The notes beneath the pieces are model-generated. The model made no database searches and was not told where the DNA came from. It saw only the letters and a program-made list of their open reading frames with translations. From the IMG/VR virus record IMGVR_UViG_3300029705_000021: a stretch of DNA of 64,000 nt, one strand, 5' to 3'. The stretch is from a virus. Taxonomy: Duplodnaviria > Caudoviricetes. Positions 8,849 through 17,656 of this stretch are shown here, one piece after another. Position numbers and translations under genes: made by a program. Each line of letters starts with the position of its first letter. Positions within the stretch are counted from its first letter, which is position 1.

Positions 8849-8921
8849 GGCTCTATAGGAGAATGGCTAATCCGTCTGACTGTCTATCAGAAGATTGTGG
8901 GTTCGAACCCCACTAGAGTCG
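8849..8921 (+). tRNA. tRNA-Asp(GTC)
   Basis: GGCTCTA/TAGAGTC acceptor, TCTGA-CTGTCTA-TCAGA, GTGGG-TTCGAAC-CCCAC. Confidence 0.9.
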
Positions 8922-8928
8922 TTTATTT

Positions 8929-9018
8929 GCCCATTTAATCCTAATTGGTAAGGAAGTGGTCTTGAAAACCACTAGTAATCGAGCAATCGGTGTCTCAGTT
9001 CGAGTCTGAGGGTGGGCG
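8929..9018 (+). tRNA. tRNA-Ser(TGA)
   Basis: GCCCATT/GGTGGGC acceptor, GTGGT-CTTGAAA-ACCAC, long variable arm, G73. Confidence 0.88.
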
Positions 9019-9026
9019 TTTATTAT

Positions 9027-9109
9027 TCGTAGGTAGCCCAGTGGCGAAGGCGGCGCACTGTAAATCTGTTACATAAGAAACATCGTAGGTTCGAGTCCTA
9101 CCCTGCGAA
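9027..9109 (+). tRNA. tRNA-Tyr(GTA), weak anticodon stem
   Basis: TCGTAGG/CCTGCGA acceptor, CTGTAAA loop, long variable region, GTAGG-TTCGAGT-CCTAC; anticodon stem GCGCA/TCTGT has a C-C mismatch. Confidence 0.78.
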
Positions 9110-9162
9110 CTATTAATCTCCTATTGTATTAGGAGAAATTTAAAATGAAAAGAGGAAAATAA

Positions 9163-9390
9163 ATGTTATTAATTTCAAAAGAGGTAGCACATAAGTTACA
9201 CGATGAATACGGAATTCGATGGAAAGATAATGGAATTTCAAAAAGTAGAACTAAACATCCCAAATATTATTTATGTGAATCTGAATGGAATCTGAAAAAA
9301 TTATTATCTATCACTCCAAATGAAAAAGCAGAACGACTGTTGAAAGAAATTAGAGATAGAAAAAAAGAAGAAAAAGAAAATACATACTAG
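9163..9390 (+). CDS. Hypothetical protein
   Basis: 75-aa ORF with GAGG RBS. Confidence 0.65.
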   Translation: MLLISKEVAHKLHDEYGIRWKDNGISKSRTKHPKYYLCESEWNLKKLLSITPNEKAERLLKEIRDRKKEEKENTY

Positions 9391-9411
9391 GATATTTGAT
9401 ACTAAAATAAT

Positions 9412-10866
9412 ATGAAAGGTGGAATACCTTTGGGAAAGAAAAAATTAAAAGAGATTAAAATCTCATTTGTAGATGAGCCAGCAGCTGAAGATGTGACTGG
9501 TTCATTTGTATTAGTAGAAACACCACATCATAAAATTGGATTAGATTGTGGTCTTAGTCAGTCAAACGATAAATATTTAGACTTTATGACAAATAATCGT
9601 AAGACTAAAGAGTTTAAACCGAAAGACTTAGATATTATATTCGTTAGCCATTTGCATGGAGATCATTGCTTGCTAGTACCAAAGTACTATAAAAATGGGT
9701 TTAGAGGTGCTACTGTTATATCTCAGGGAAGTAAAGATGTTTTTAAAGCAATGGCTGAAGATTCAGCTTTTATATCAGAAAGAGATATTTTAGTAATTAA
9801 TAATCAGCATAATAAAAATTATGATCCATTATATTCAATTGAAGATGTAAATCTAATGATGGAATATACTATTGAAAAGCCAGTTAATCAAAAAATTGTA
9901 ATTGACGAAGAATTGTCATTTGAATTCATCCCATCTGGTCATTTATTAGGTGGATGTCAAATAATTTTATATATTACTATTGATGGTTTAACAAAATCAA
10001 TTTTGTATACTGGAGATATTGGAAATAGAGAAATTCATAATTATTTTGTAGGTGAATATCAGCCTATAGATAGATTTGTTGACTTAGCAATTTGCGAAAC
10101 TACATATGGAGATAGACCAGATTTAAAAACTGGTATAAAGGAAAGAAATAATGATTTAGATAAATTAAAGTCTATTATTGACACACAAGTACATGAAATG
10201 AATGGTAGAGTTTTAATTCCGAGTTTTGCACAGAGCAGAGTTCAGCAATTAGCATTAATGATTTATCAATTATATAAAAATGAAGAATGGCAACCAAAAG
10301 TATATATTGACTCCCCTCTTGCTATTACTATTTTTAAAGAATATGAAAAGATTTTAGAGGGAGAAGAAAAAGAATTATTTGATGAACTATTAGCTTGGGA
10401 TAAATTAGTATTTGTAAAAGAGTCAGAATCAAGTAAAGAGTTAGTCGAATCAAAAGAAGCTTGTTGTGTAATTAGTACAGCAGGAATGTGTCAGGTCGGT
10501 AGGGTAAGACATCATTTAAAGTCTTTAGTATCAAATCCAAATGCAACTATATTGTTTGTTGGATTTTCTACGCCTGGTAGTTTGGCTACTTTGCTTAAAG
10601 ACAATAAGACAAAATCAATTATTATTGATACTAAAGAATATAAATGTAGATGTGCTTCTTACAGCTTAAAGTCTATGAGTGGACATATGCCTTTTGGGCA
10701 GATGTTACAAACATATTCAGATTTAAATTGTAATAAAATAGTTCTTCATCATGGAAGCACTGAAGCAAAAGAAACTTTTAGTAAAGCTTTAAAAAAAGAA
10801 TTAGAAAAGAAATGTAAATCAACTAGAGTTGTAATTGCTAATTCTAGTTTAAAATTTAATTTATAA
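9412..10866 (+). CDS. MBL-fold beta-CASP ribonuclease
   Basis: VTGS, LDCG, SHLHGDH, SGHLLG, YTGDIG, ETTYGDR, AGM, MSGH motifs; true start may be TTG 9430. Confidence 0.88.
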   Translation: MKGGIPLGKKKLKEIKISFVDEPAAEDVTGSFVLVETPHHKIGLDCGLSQSNDKYLDFMTNNRKTKEFKPKDLDIIFVSHLHGDHCLLVPKYYKNGFRGATVISQGSKDVFKAMAEDSAFISERDILVINNQHNKNYDPLYSIEDVNLMMEYTIEKPVNQKIVIDEELSFEFIPSGHLLGGCQIILYITIDGLTKSILYTGDIGNREIHNYFVGEYQPIDRFVDLAICETTYGDRPDLKTGIKERNNDLDKLKSIIDTQVHEMNGRVLIPSFAQSRVQQLALMIYQLYKNEEWQPKVYIDSPLAITIFKEYEKILEGEEKELFDELLAWDKLVFVKESESSKELVESKEACCVISTAGMCQVGRVRHHLKSLVSNPNATILFVGFSTPGSLATLLKDNKTKSIIIDTKEYKCRCASYSLKSMSGHMPFGQMLQTYSDLNCNKIVLHHGSTEAKETFSKALKKELEKKCKSTRVVIANSSLKFNL

Positions 10867-10916
10867 AAATATGAATTGGGTTATCCCAATTAGGAATTAA
10901 AAGGAGAAATAAAAGT

Positions 10917-11537
10917 ATGGCAGAATTAATGACATTACTAGGCGGTAATAATGATGATTTATATAATGAAATAATTAAGGAAAATCTAGAACAACGTATT
11001 TTAATTTTCAATGACGAAGTAAATGATATGGTTATCGAGAATTATATTATGTATATTTTAAAATGGAATAGAGAAGATCGTGACAGAAAAATCCCTGTCG
11101 ATTCAAGAAAAAAGATCTGGGTAATTTTAAACTCGCCAGGTGGAGATAAATTAGCAGGTATGATGTTTTTAGATGTCGTTAAACAGTCTATTACACCTAT
11201 TAACTGCTTAATTGTATCACTTGCTGCGTCAATGGCATCTTATATTCCAATGGTATGCAAAGAATCATATGCATTTGGTAATTCGGTTGTATGTTTGCAT
11301 GATGGTGAGGTCGGAGTTGTTCAAACAACCAGAAAAGCTAATGATACAATGAACTTTATTAAGGCTTGTGACGAAAAGCTTGATGATATTGTTTTAAATA
11401 ATACAAAAATTACAGAAGATTATTTGAATGAAATTGCAGATAGAGAATATTATATATTTGCTAAAGAAGCAAAAGAACTTGGTATTGTTGATTATATTGT
11501 TGGCGAAGACTGTACGATTGACGACATTTTAAACTAA
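10917..11537 (+). CDS. clpP: ClpP-like protease subunit
   Basis: LNSPGG, AASMAS (catalytic Ser), LHD (His), DREYYIFAKEAKELGIVD. Confidence 0.85.
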   Translation: MAELMTLLGGNNDDLYNEIIKENLEQRILIFNDEVNDMVIENYIMYILKWNREDRDRKIPVDSRKKIWVILNSPGGDKLAGMMFLDVVKQSITPINCLIVSLAASMASYIPMVCKESYAFGNSVVCLHDGEVGVVQTTRKANDTMNFIKACDEKLDDIVLNNTKITEDYLNEIADREYYIFAKEAKELGIVDYIVGEDCTIDDILN

Positions 11538-11575
11538 TCATAAATACATATAAGAATTTAAAGGAGTAAAAGGAA

Positions 11576-11821
11576 ATGGAAATTAAAAAGACAATTAAGT
11601 ATGACGGAAATTTAAAAAATGTAAGTATTAGAAATGGTGTACTTATTGATGAAGATGGAGTTCAAGTAGATTTAATGAAAACACTTGCCAATGTTTATGG
11701 AGATAAGACATTTAATATTTCTACAAATACTAAGACAGAGCAGCTTATTGATGCCGATGATTTTCATAATGGCAATGACAGTTATGAAGATGAGGATGAA
11801 GAAGATTCCGATGAAGAGTAA
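11576..11821 (+). CDS. Small protein with acidic tail (YonK-like position)
   Basis: 81-aa ORF with RBS, directly before the phosphoesterase as in SPbeta-like synteny. Confidence 0.55.
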   Translation: MEIKKTIKYDGNLKNVSIRNGVLIDEDGVQVDLMKTLANVYGDKTFNISTNTKTEQLIDADDFHNGNDSYEDEDEEDSDEE

Positions 11822-11936
11822 ACACTACTCTTCTATTTTTGTTTAGTGGGCAAAAGGCGGTGCGAGTGTTAATGCTCGTATCGTCTTTTGTAATATAAAG
11901 ATTTTGACAGGATAAAAAGGAGAATAAAAGATATAT

Positions 11937-13151
11937 ATGGATTTCAAGAAAAAACCAGAAGAAAACTATCAACAGTACATATGGAGAATGGATGAATTAG
12001 TTCGATCTGGCAAATATCAGAATTGGAAGGAAATTACTCCGTTTGTAAATAAAGAACTGTTTGAAGAAGACGAGTCTCAATATCGTGATGAGTCTGCGTA
12101 TCGTAAGGCAGTTAAATATGCTAGAGATTTTTATGAAGCAGGTGTATTTGGAGTAAATGAAGATGAATATTTGAAAAAAATACAACTTCAAAGAGATGAA
12201 TTATACAAAGTTAAAAGACAAGTAATGGATCAGAGACGTGAATATAATAAAATATTAACATCTGATTCAAGAGCAGATCATTTAATGGAATGTATGATTG
12301 AGTGTGCAAATAAGATGAATGAAAATCATCCTTTATTATTTGCTTCTGAACCATTTAAGGACACAAATCCAAACAAAGAAGCAATACTCTTTTTCTCAGA
12401 CTGGCATTACGGTATGGTTACAGATAATCTTTGGAATAAATATAATACAGAAATTTGTAAACAACGAGTATCAAAGCTTATTGCGAAAACTAAGGAGTAT
12501 TTAAAATTAAATCATATTAGCAAATTACATATTGTAACTTTGGGTGATGCTGCGCATGGGTCAATTCATGTTAGTTGTAGAGTAACTTCGGAAGAAGATA
12601 CTTGTGATCAAATTATGCATGTTGCAGAAATTATGGCACAAGCAGTTGAAGAACTTTCTTTAGTAGTGGATAATGTAAAATTCTACTCTTGCTATGGCAA
12701 TCATTTAAGAACTATTCAAGAAAAGAATGATTCAGTTCATAGTGACAACATGGAGAAGATGATTCCATGGTGGATGAAACAAAGATTGGCAAAGAATTTA
12801 AAAGTAGAAATTATTGAATCTGAGTTTAAGGAATTTACAAAATTAAATGTATTGGGTTATAACATTTGTTGTGTCCATGGAGATTTAGATAGTATTAAAA
12901 ATATTGGTGTTACGGTAAACACTTTATTTAATCGTTTATATGGAGAAACAATTGACTATACAGTGTCAGGCGACAAACATCATCTCGAAGAATTTGAGCA
13001 ATTTGACATTGAAAGTATTATAATTAGATCTTTGTGCGGAACTGATGAATATGCAAACAATAAGCGTTTGTATTCGAAAGCAGGACAAACATTAATGATC
13101 TTTAATTCGGAAGATGGACGTGAAGCAACATATAATATTCCATTAAAATAA
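11937..13151 (+). CDS. Calcineurin-like metallophosphoesterase (YonJ-like)
   Basis: SDWHYG, LGD, GNH, VHGD, GDKHH metal-binding motifs. Confidence 0.85.
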   Translation: MDFKKKPEENYQQYIWRMDELVRSGKYQNWKEITPFVNKELFEEDESQYRDESAYRKAVKYARDFYEAGVFGVNEDEYLKKIQLQRDELYKVKRQVMDQRREYNKILTSDSRADHLMECMIECANKMNENHPLLFASEPFKDTNPNKEAILFFSDWHYGMVTDNLWNKYNTEICKQRVSKLIAKTKEYLKLNHISKLHIVTLGDAAHGSIHVSCRVTSEEDTCDQIMHVAEIMAQAVEELSLVVDNVKFYSCYGNHLRTIQEKNDSVHSDNMEKMIPWWMKQRLAKNLKVEIIESEFKEFTKLNVLGYNICCVHGDLDSIKNIGVTVNTLFNRLYGETIDYTVSGDKHHLEEFEQFDIESIIIRSLCGTDEYANNKRLYSKAGQTLMIFNSEDGREATYNIPLK

Positions 13152-13189
13152 ATTAATTAAATTAAATAACAATTGAAAACTATAGATAT

Positions 13190-13318
13190 AAGTTTTGTAA
13201 GTGGTGACAGCTGGTCGCTCTCGCTACGGATTTTTAAAGTATCTAATAGATTAAGTGGCAATGACCGAACCCACGTTAGGCTGACGACTGCCATGAAAAG
13301 TGTCGAGAGGTTAAACTT
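13190..13318 (+). ncRNA. Compact pseudoknotted ncRNA candidate (raiA-motif-like architecture)
   Basis: AAGTTT/AAACTT, CTCTCG/CGAGAG and TGGCA/TGCCA stems plus crossing GTGG/CCAC and GGTC/GACC pairings; followed by a terminator. Confidence 0.55.
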
Positions 13319-13358
13319 GGAGAGTTAAGTGGAGACTCTACTTCTCTCCTATTATTTT
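13319..13358 (+). terminator. Intrinsic terminator
   Basis: GGAGAG..AAGTGGA/TCTACTT-CTCTCC hairpin then TATTATTTT. Confidence 0.6.
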
Positions 13359-13406
13359 GGAAAAGATTATAATAAATTTATTTTTTATTAAAAAGGAGAA
13401 AGCTTT

Positions 13407-13940
13407 ATGTTTATGAGAGGTGGATATTTAGCTGTTATGCAACCAAATCATCATTTGGCTTGTAGTGAAGGATGGGTATATGTACATAGATTAAAAGCTG
13501 AAGAAAAATTAGGAAGACCATTATCTGATACGGAATGTGTACACCACATAGATGGAAATAAACTAAATAATAATATAAACAATTTAATGGTATTTAAAAC
13601 AATAGCAGATCATTCGGCTTATCATATGGGTGCAGATATTAGAATGGAAGGTGATGTATATGTAGCATTACCAAATAAAAATAATATTTGTCCTATTTGT
13701 GAAAAATATAAAGATAATGCTGCAAAATTATGTGTAGAATGTTACAAAAAAGAAAGAAAATTAGGAATACCATCTAGAGATAAATTAAAAGAATTGATAT
13801 ATGAATATTCTTTTATTTATATAGGTCAATTATATGGTTTGTCAGATAATGCAGTTCGCAAATGGTGTAAGCAATATAATTTACCATATCAAAAAAATAA
13901 AATAAAAAAATATACAGAACAAGAATGGGTAGATATATAA
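13407..13940 (+). CDS. HNH homing endonuclease with C-terminal HTH
   Basis: VYVHRL...VHHIDGNKLNNNINNL; CxxC-CxxC; IGQLYGLSDNAVRKW. Confidence 0.88.
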   Translation: MFMRGGYLAVMQPNHHLACSEGWVYVHRLKAEEKLGRPLSDTECVHHIDGNKLNNNINNLMVFKTIADHSAYHMGADIRMEGDVYVALPNKNNICPICEKYKDNAAKLCVECYKKERKLGIPSRDKLKELIYEYSFIYIGQLYGLSDNAVRKWCKQYNLPYQKNKIKKYTEQEWVDI

Positions 13941-13970
13941 ATAATTATATATTGGAATGTTAAAAACATT

Positions 13971-13995
13971 ATAGGTTCAAATCTTATTGCCCAAT
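13971..13995 (+). pseudogene. tRNA 3' fragment (T-arm plus acceptor strand)
   Basis: ATAGG-TTCAAAT-CTTAT-TGCCCAA with no matching 5' half nearby. Confidence 0.5.
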
Positions 13996-14043
13996 TATTA
14001 TGAGAAAACGGATAAAAATCAAAATAGAAAGGTGGTAAAAGAG

Positions 14044-14502
14044 ATGAATATAACAACAACAAATGAAATTACAAATGGAGTATTTTCTACAGTTATAACT
14101 GTTGCAAGTTTTGGAGCAGATACTCTTTCAAGTGAAGAAGAATTAAATCTTTTAAATAATTATTCTTGTAAACTTCGTTATAAAGATTTAGATTTTTCTG
14201 GAAAGTTTAAAGTAGTGGATGGAGAATTAACTATAACAGAGGATGAAGATGGTGCATTAGTGGAACTTGCTGTATCAGATATAGCTATTCCAGTAAATAA
14301 AAACTTCAAAGCAGAATATAAAATTGCTTTAAATAAGATACAGGATAATGAAATTGGGGAGGTTTTCACAACAAAAGAAATGGTTTGTGAAGCAAAATGT
14401 AAATTATTTGCATCTGTGGTTAAAGAAGGATTAAGAGTTATTCTTGAAGATATTAGAAGTAAATCAACAAGTTTTGAAGGAACTACTGAAGAAATGATTT
14501 AA
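14044..14502 (+). CDS. Hypothetical protein
   Basis: ATG 14044 after AAAGGTGG preferred over TTG 13987. Confidence 0.65.
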   Translation: MNITTTNEITNGVFSTVITVASFGADTLSSEEELNLLNNYSCKLRYKDLDFSGKFKVVDGELTITEDEDGALVELAVSDIAIPVNKNFKAEYKIALNKIQDNEIGEVFTTKEMVCEAKCKLFASVVKEGLRVILEDIRSKSTSFEGTTEEMI

Positions 14503-14513
14503 ATGTATATAAG

Positions 14514-14667
14514 TTAAATTATAGTTTGCTTATGATTTTTATAGTTTGAGCACATAGGTATGTGCTCAAACTTGTATATATTGTTTAATTTGAGTGCTTA
14601 GGTATGTACAGAATCGTGCATATTCCTAAGTACTCAACAGTTATTTATTATTTAAACTATAATTTAA
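14514..14667. repeat. IR-bounded cassette 1 with three 20-bp palindromic sites
   Basis: 14-bp perfect IR TTAAATTATAGTTT/AAACTATAATTTAA; sites at 14548, 14592, 14616 (reverse). Confidence 0.8.
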
Positions 14668-14679
14668 TAGTTTTGCTTA

Positions 14680-14708
14680 TTGACATATTTTTACATTTAA
14701 TATATATT
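14680..14708 (+). promoter_or_regulatory. SigA-type promoter of the recombinase
   Basis: TTGACA-17 bp-TATATT; half-site TAGTGCTTAAG immediately downstream. Confidence 0.65.
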
Positions 14709-14752
14709 ATTAGTGCTTAAGATTAACTAATATTATAAAGAGAGGTAAGAAT

Positions 14753-15796
14753 ATGAGTAAGAAGAATGAATTAATTAATATAATTTTACATAGTGCAATG
14801 AGAAGTTTTGATAAAGATGCAATTGTGGAATTAAAAAAGATACTTAGAATTTCTCTTTATGATTATTCGGTAGAAAAAATAGGGACAACAGATATTGCTA
14901 TTGGAAATTACGAAACCACTCAAGGATTATTGGAATATTTTACTGTATGTAAATTAAGCTCTGGTAGATCGCATAAAACAATTAGACAGTATATACTCGT
15001 GGCGAACCAGTTGTGCGGTTTGGTACACAAGAATTTGGGTGATATAACGAGCGAAGATGTAATTTATTTCTTAGCGAAATACCCTACTACGAAATCTCCA
15101 CATGTAAGTCAGTGTACTATGGATTCAAAGAGAAGATACTTGTCTTCTATCTTTGGTTTGTTAAAGAAACACAAAAAGATTTCAGAGAATCCGATGGATA
15201 TGGTTGAGAGTTTGAAATATCCCTATAAGGTAAAAGAACAATTTACTGATCAAGAAATACATAAATTATATGAAAGCATTAACGATTGCAAAAATGATAT
15301 TATTAAACATAGAAATAATGCCATACTTAGTTTATGTCTTGATACTGGTTGTCGTGTTTCAGAATTAACTAATATTAGTATCAGAGATTGTAATTTTCAG
15401 AGCAATGAGGTTAAAGTGCAAGGAAAAGGCAATAAGGAAAGAATTGTATTTTTCTCTAAATCAACAAAAGATAAAATTATTGACTATTTAAAACTTAGAA
15501 ATATTCAGAACTATAATACTAATATTCCATTGTTTATGGATATCTGCAATAAGAACAGACTTAAAGCTTCGGGTGTCAGAAGTATGCTTAAAAGAATTGG
15601 TTTAGCGAGTGGAGTAAACAATGTTCACCCACATAGACTGAGACGTACTTGCGCAACAAGCCTTGTTGTAAAAGGTATACCGATTGATACAGTTGCTAGA
15701 TACTTAGGTCATGCTAATTTAGATATCGTGCAGAAATACGTCTGTAATTCGAATGAAAGAATGAAAAATGAGTTACAAAGAGTTGGTATAGGTTAA
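14753..15796 (+). CDS. Tyrosine recombinase/integrase (XerC/D-like)
   Basis: TGCRVSEL (R), GKGNKER (K), HPHRLRRT (HxxR), LGH, KY catalytic set; N-terminal SAM-like domain. Confidence 0.93.
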   Translation: MSKKNELINIILHSAMRSFDKDAIVELKKILRISLYDYSVEKIGTTDIAIGNYETTQGLLEYFTVCKLSSGRSHKTIRQYILVANQLCGLVHKNLGDITSEDVIYFLAKYPTTKSPHVSQCTMDSKRRYLSSIFGLLKKHKKISENPMDMVESLKYPYKVKEQFTDQEIHKLYESINDCKNDIIKHRNNAILSLCLDTGCRVSELTNISIRDCNFQSNEVKVQGKGNKERIVFFSKSTKDKIIDYLKLRNIQNYNTNIPLFMDICNKNRLKASGVRSMLKRIGLASGVNNVHPHRLRRTCATSLVVKGIPIDTVARYLGHANLDIVQKYVCNSNERMKNELQRVGIG

Positions 15797-15821
15797 CTAA
15801 ACTAACTAATTTTTGATATAT

Positions 15822-15995
15822 TAAACTCGAATATACTTAATAATTTTTATTGCGTACATAAGTATATACATAAAAAATTGTGTACTTAAGGATGTACACA
15901 AGTATTGAGTGCTTAGGTAAACACTCTATATTGTGTGCTTAGGAATGCTGCCAAACATTTATAGTACGATATTTTATTAATTAAATTCGAGTTTA
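15822..15995. repeat. IR-bounded cassette 2 with four 20-bp palindromic sites
   Basis: 11-bp perfect IR TAAACTCGAAT/ATTCGAGTTTA; sites at 15852, 15880, 15907, 15933. Confidence 0.78.
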
Positions 15996-16010
15996 GTAAA
16001 CGAATCTGTT

Positions 16011-16043
16011 AACCAACTTCTTTTGTGTAGAGTTGGTTTTATT
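16011..16043 (+). terminator. Intrinsic terminator-like hairpin
   Basis: AACCAACT/AGTTGGTT stem followed by TTATT. Confidence 0.5.
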
Positions 16044-16084
16044 ATAAAAATCAACTAAATAAAAAAAGAAAGTGAGGTAGAGCA

Positions 16085-16735
16085 ATGTATACAATTTTAG
16101 TTAAAGATACTAATGAATTATCTATAACAGTAAAAGAACGAATTATGCAAAGAAGTAAACTTATTGATAATTTGCATTTTTTAGTTAGCCCTTTATATAA
16201 GGACGAAATTGATATGACTGGCTTTACGGTAATGATGGAATATATATTACCTATAAGTAAAAAATATCGTAGTGAAATATTAACATTATCTGAAGAGTTA
16301 TATAAAGAAAAATTAGAATATAAACTTCCTTTTGATACAAAACTTACAGAAGAAGCTGGAAGTATTGAAGTACAATTATCTTTTATTAAATTAGATTTAG
16401 ACGAAGAGGGTAATAGTGTTCAATATGTTAGAAAGACAAGCCCTGCGACTATTACAATTGTACCAATTAGTGCATGGAGTGATATTATTCCTGATGAGGT
16501 ATTAAGTCCTATTGATGCTAAAATGTTAGAGATACAAGGTCAAATTAAAGCATTAGAAGAATTATCTAATATAACTGCTACTACAAAGGCAGATAATATT
16601 GTCCTTGATGAAGGAACTCATGAATTGTATTTGACATCTAATGGAGAAGCGATTGGAAATAAAATTGATATGGATACACTTGGTGAAGCAATTGTAGAAA
16701 ATACTGAAAATGGTCTTGTTCAAATGATAATATAG
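16085..16735 (+). CDS. Baseplate-upper (BppU-like) domain protein
   Basis: Beta-rich N-terminus ending KLTEEAGSIEVQLSF, then coiled coil; GAGG RBS. Confidence 0.5.
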   Translation: MYTILVKDTNELSITVKERIMQRSKLIDNLHFLVSPLYKDEIDMTGFTVMMEYILPISKKYRSEILTLSEELYKEKLEYKLPFDTKLTEEAGSIEVQLSFIKLDLDEEGNSVQYVRKTSPATITIVPISAWSDIIPDEVLSPIDAKMLEIQGQIKALEELSNITATTKADNIVLDEGTHELYLTSNGEAIGNKIDMDTLGEAIVENTENGLVQMII

Positions 16736-16745
16736 GGAGGTAATT

Positions 16746-17582
16746 ATGTCACAAAATAGAGCGAAATTTGGTTATCTTTCTTATGATGATATGCTGCAAA
16801 AAATTACTGATGGCGTATTAGACCAACATGACATAGTATTTACTAAAGATACAAAAGAAACATATATTATTTCTCCCGATGCTGAACCTATAGCTTTAAA
16901 AAGTAAAGTTTATGTATATAATTCTATGACAGAAGCAATTAGAGAAATTAATAGAAATACTGATACTTATATTGGTCAAATTGTTAGTATTTTAGACGGA
17001 GATACATATCGAGGTTATATTGTTAATCAAAATACAAAATATAGAACTACTTCTTATACAGTAAGTCCTTTAACAGATACTTCTTCTATTGATTATAATA
17101 CATTGGGTAATAAACCAATTATAAATCTTATTGGTACTTTAGATGAACCAATAACTTTATCAGAGTTATCTAATGGTACATATTCTATTATTGGTCAATA
17201 CAAAGTTAAGGATTCTGAAGAAACAATATATCTTAATGCTTCTCCGACAGTGGTTATTATAGAAAAAGATAACAATAAAACATTTATAAAAAAAATTTCA
17301 TCGTCAGAAATTATAGATTATGTAATAACTGATGATATTGTTGAGAAAAAAGCATATGCAACAGATAAATTTCTTGAAGAATATGGATATGCTACTACTT
17401 CTTATGTTGATAATAAAATTGCAGTTCTTGATTTTATTACCAAAGATGAAGTGTCTATATATGTAGACAATTTAGTAAATGAAATACTTGATAATATATT
17501 GGATTCTAAAATTGATAAAAAGATTGACGAAAAAATTCAGCCTGTTGGGGAAGAATATGTTGTTAGTCTTTTTTCTTTATAG
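16746..17582 (+). CDS. Putative virion accessory/fibre-associated protein
   Basis: 278 aa; YIGQIVSI, DYNTLGNKPII and YATTSYVDNKI motifs typical of phage fibre proteins. Confidence 0.5.
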   Translation: MSQNRAKFGYLSYDDMLQKITDGVLDQHDIVFTKDTKETYIISPDAEPIALKSKVYVYNSMTEAIREINRNTDTYIGQIVSILDGDTYRGYIVNQNTKYRTTSYTVSPLTDTSSIDYNTLGNKPIINLIGTLDEPITLSELSNGTYSIIGQYKVKDSEETIYLNASPTVVIIEKDNNKTFIKKISSSEIIDYVITDDIVEKKAYATDKFLEEYGYATTSYVDNKIAVLDFITKDEVSIYVDNLVNEILDNILDSKIDKKIDEKIQPVGEEYVVSLFSL

Positions 17583-17656
17583 AAAATATATGATACATAG
17601 TTAAAAACACCAAATTATGGTGTTTAAAAATAAAAAAAAGAAAGGAATATATAATT

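Noticed and set aside
8297-8938. ORFs 8297..8569 and 8717..8938
   Set aside because: They overlap well-formed tRNA genes and structured elements; spurious
13190-13940. ncRNA plus HNH as an RNA-guided (HEARO/IscB-like) system
   Set aside because: Protein is a 177-aa simple HNH-HTH with no RuvC or bridge-helix features, and a terminator separates the two
15852-15952. Regularly spaced repeats as a CRISPR array
   Set aside because: Repeats are degenerate 20-mers with 6-8 bp gaps, there are no spacer-length unique sequences, and no cas genes are present
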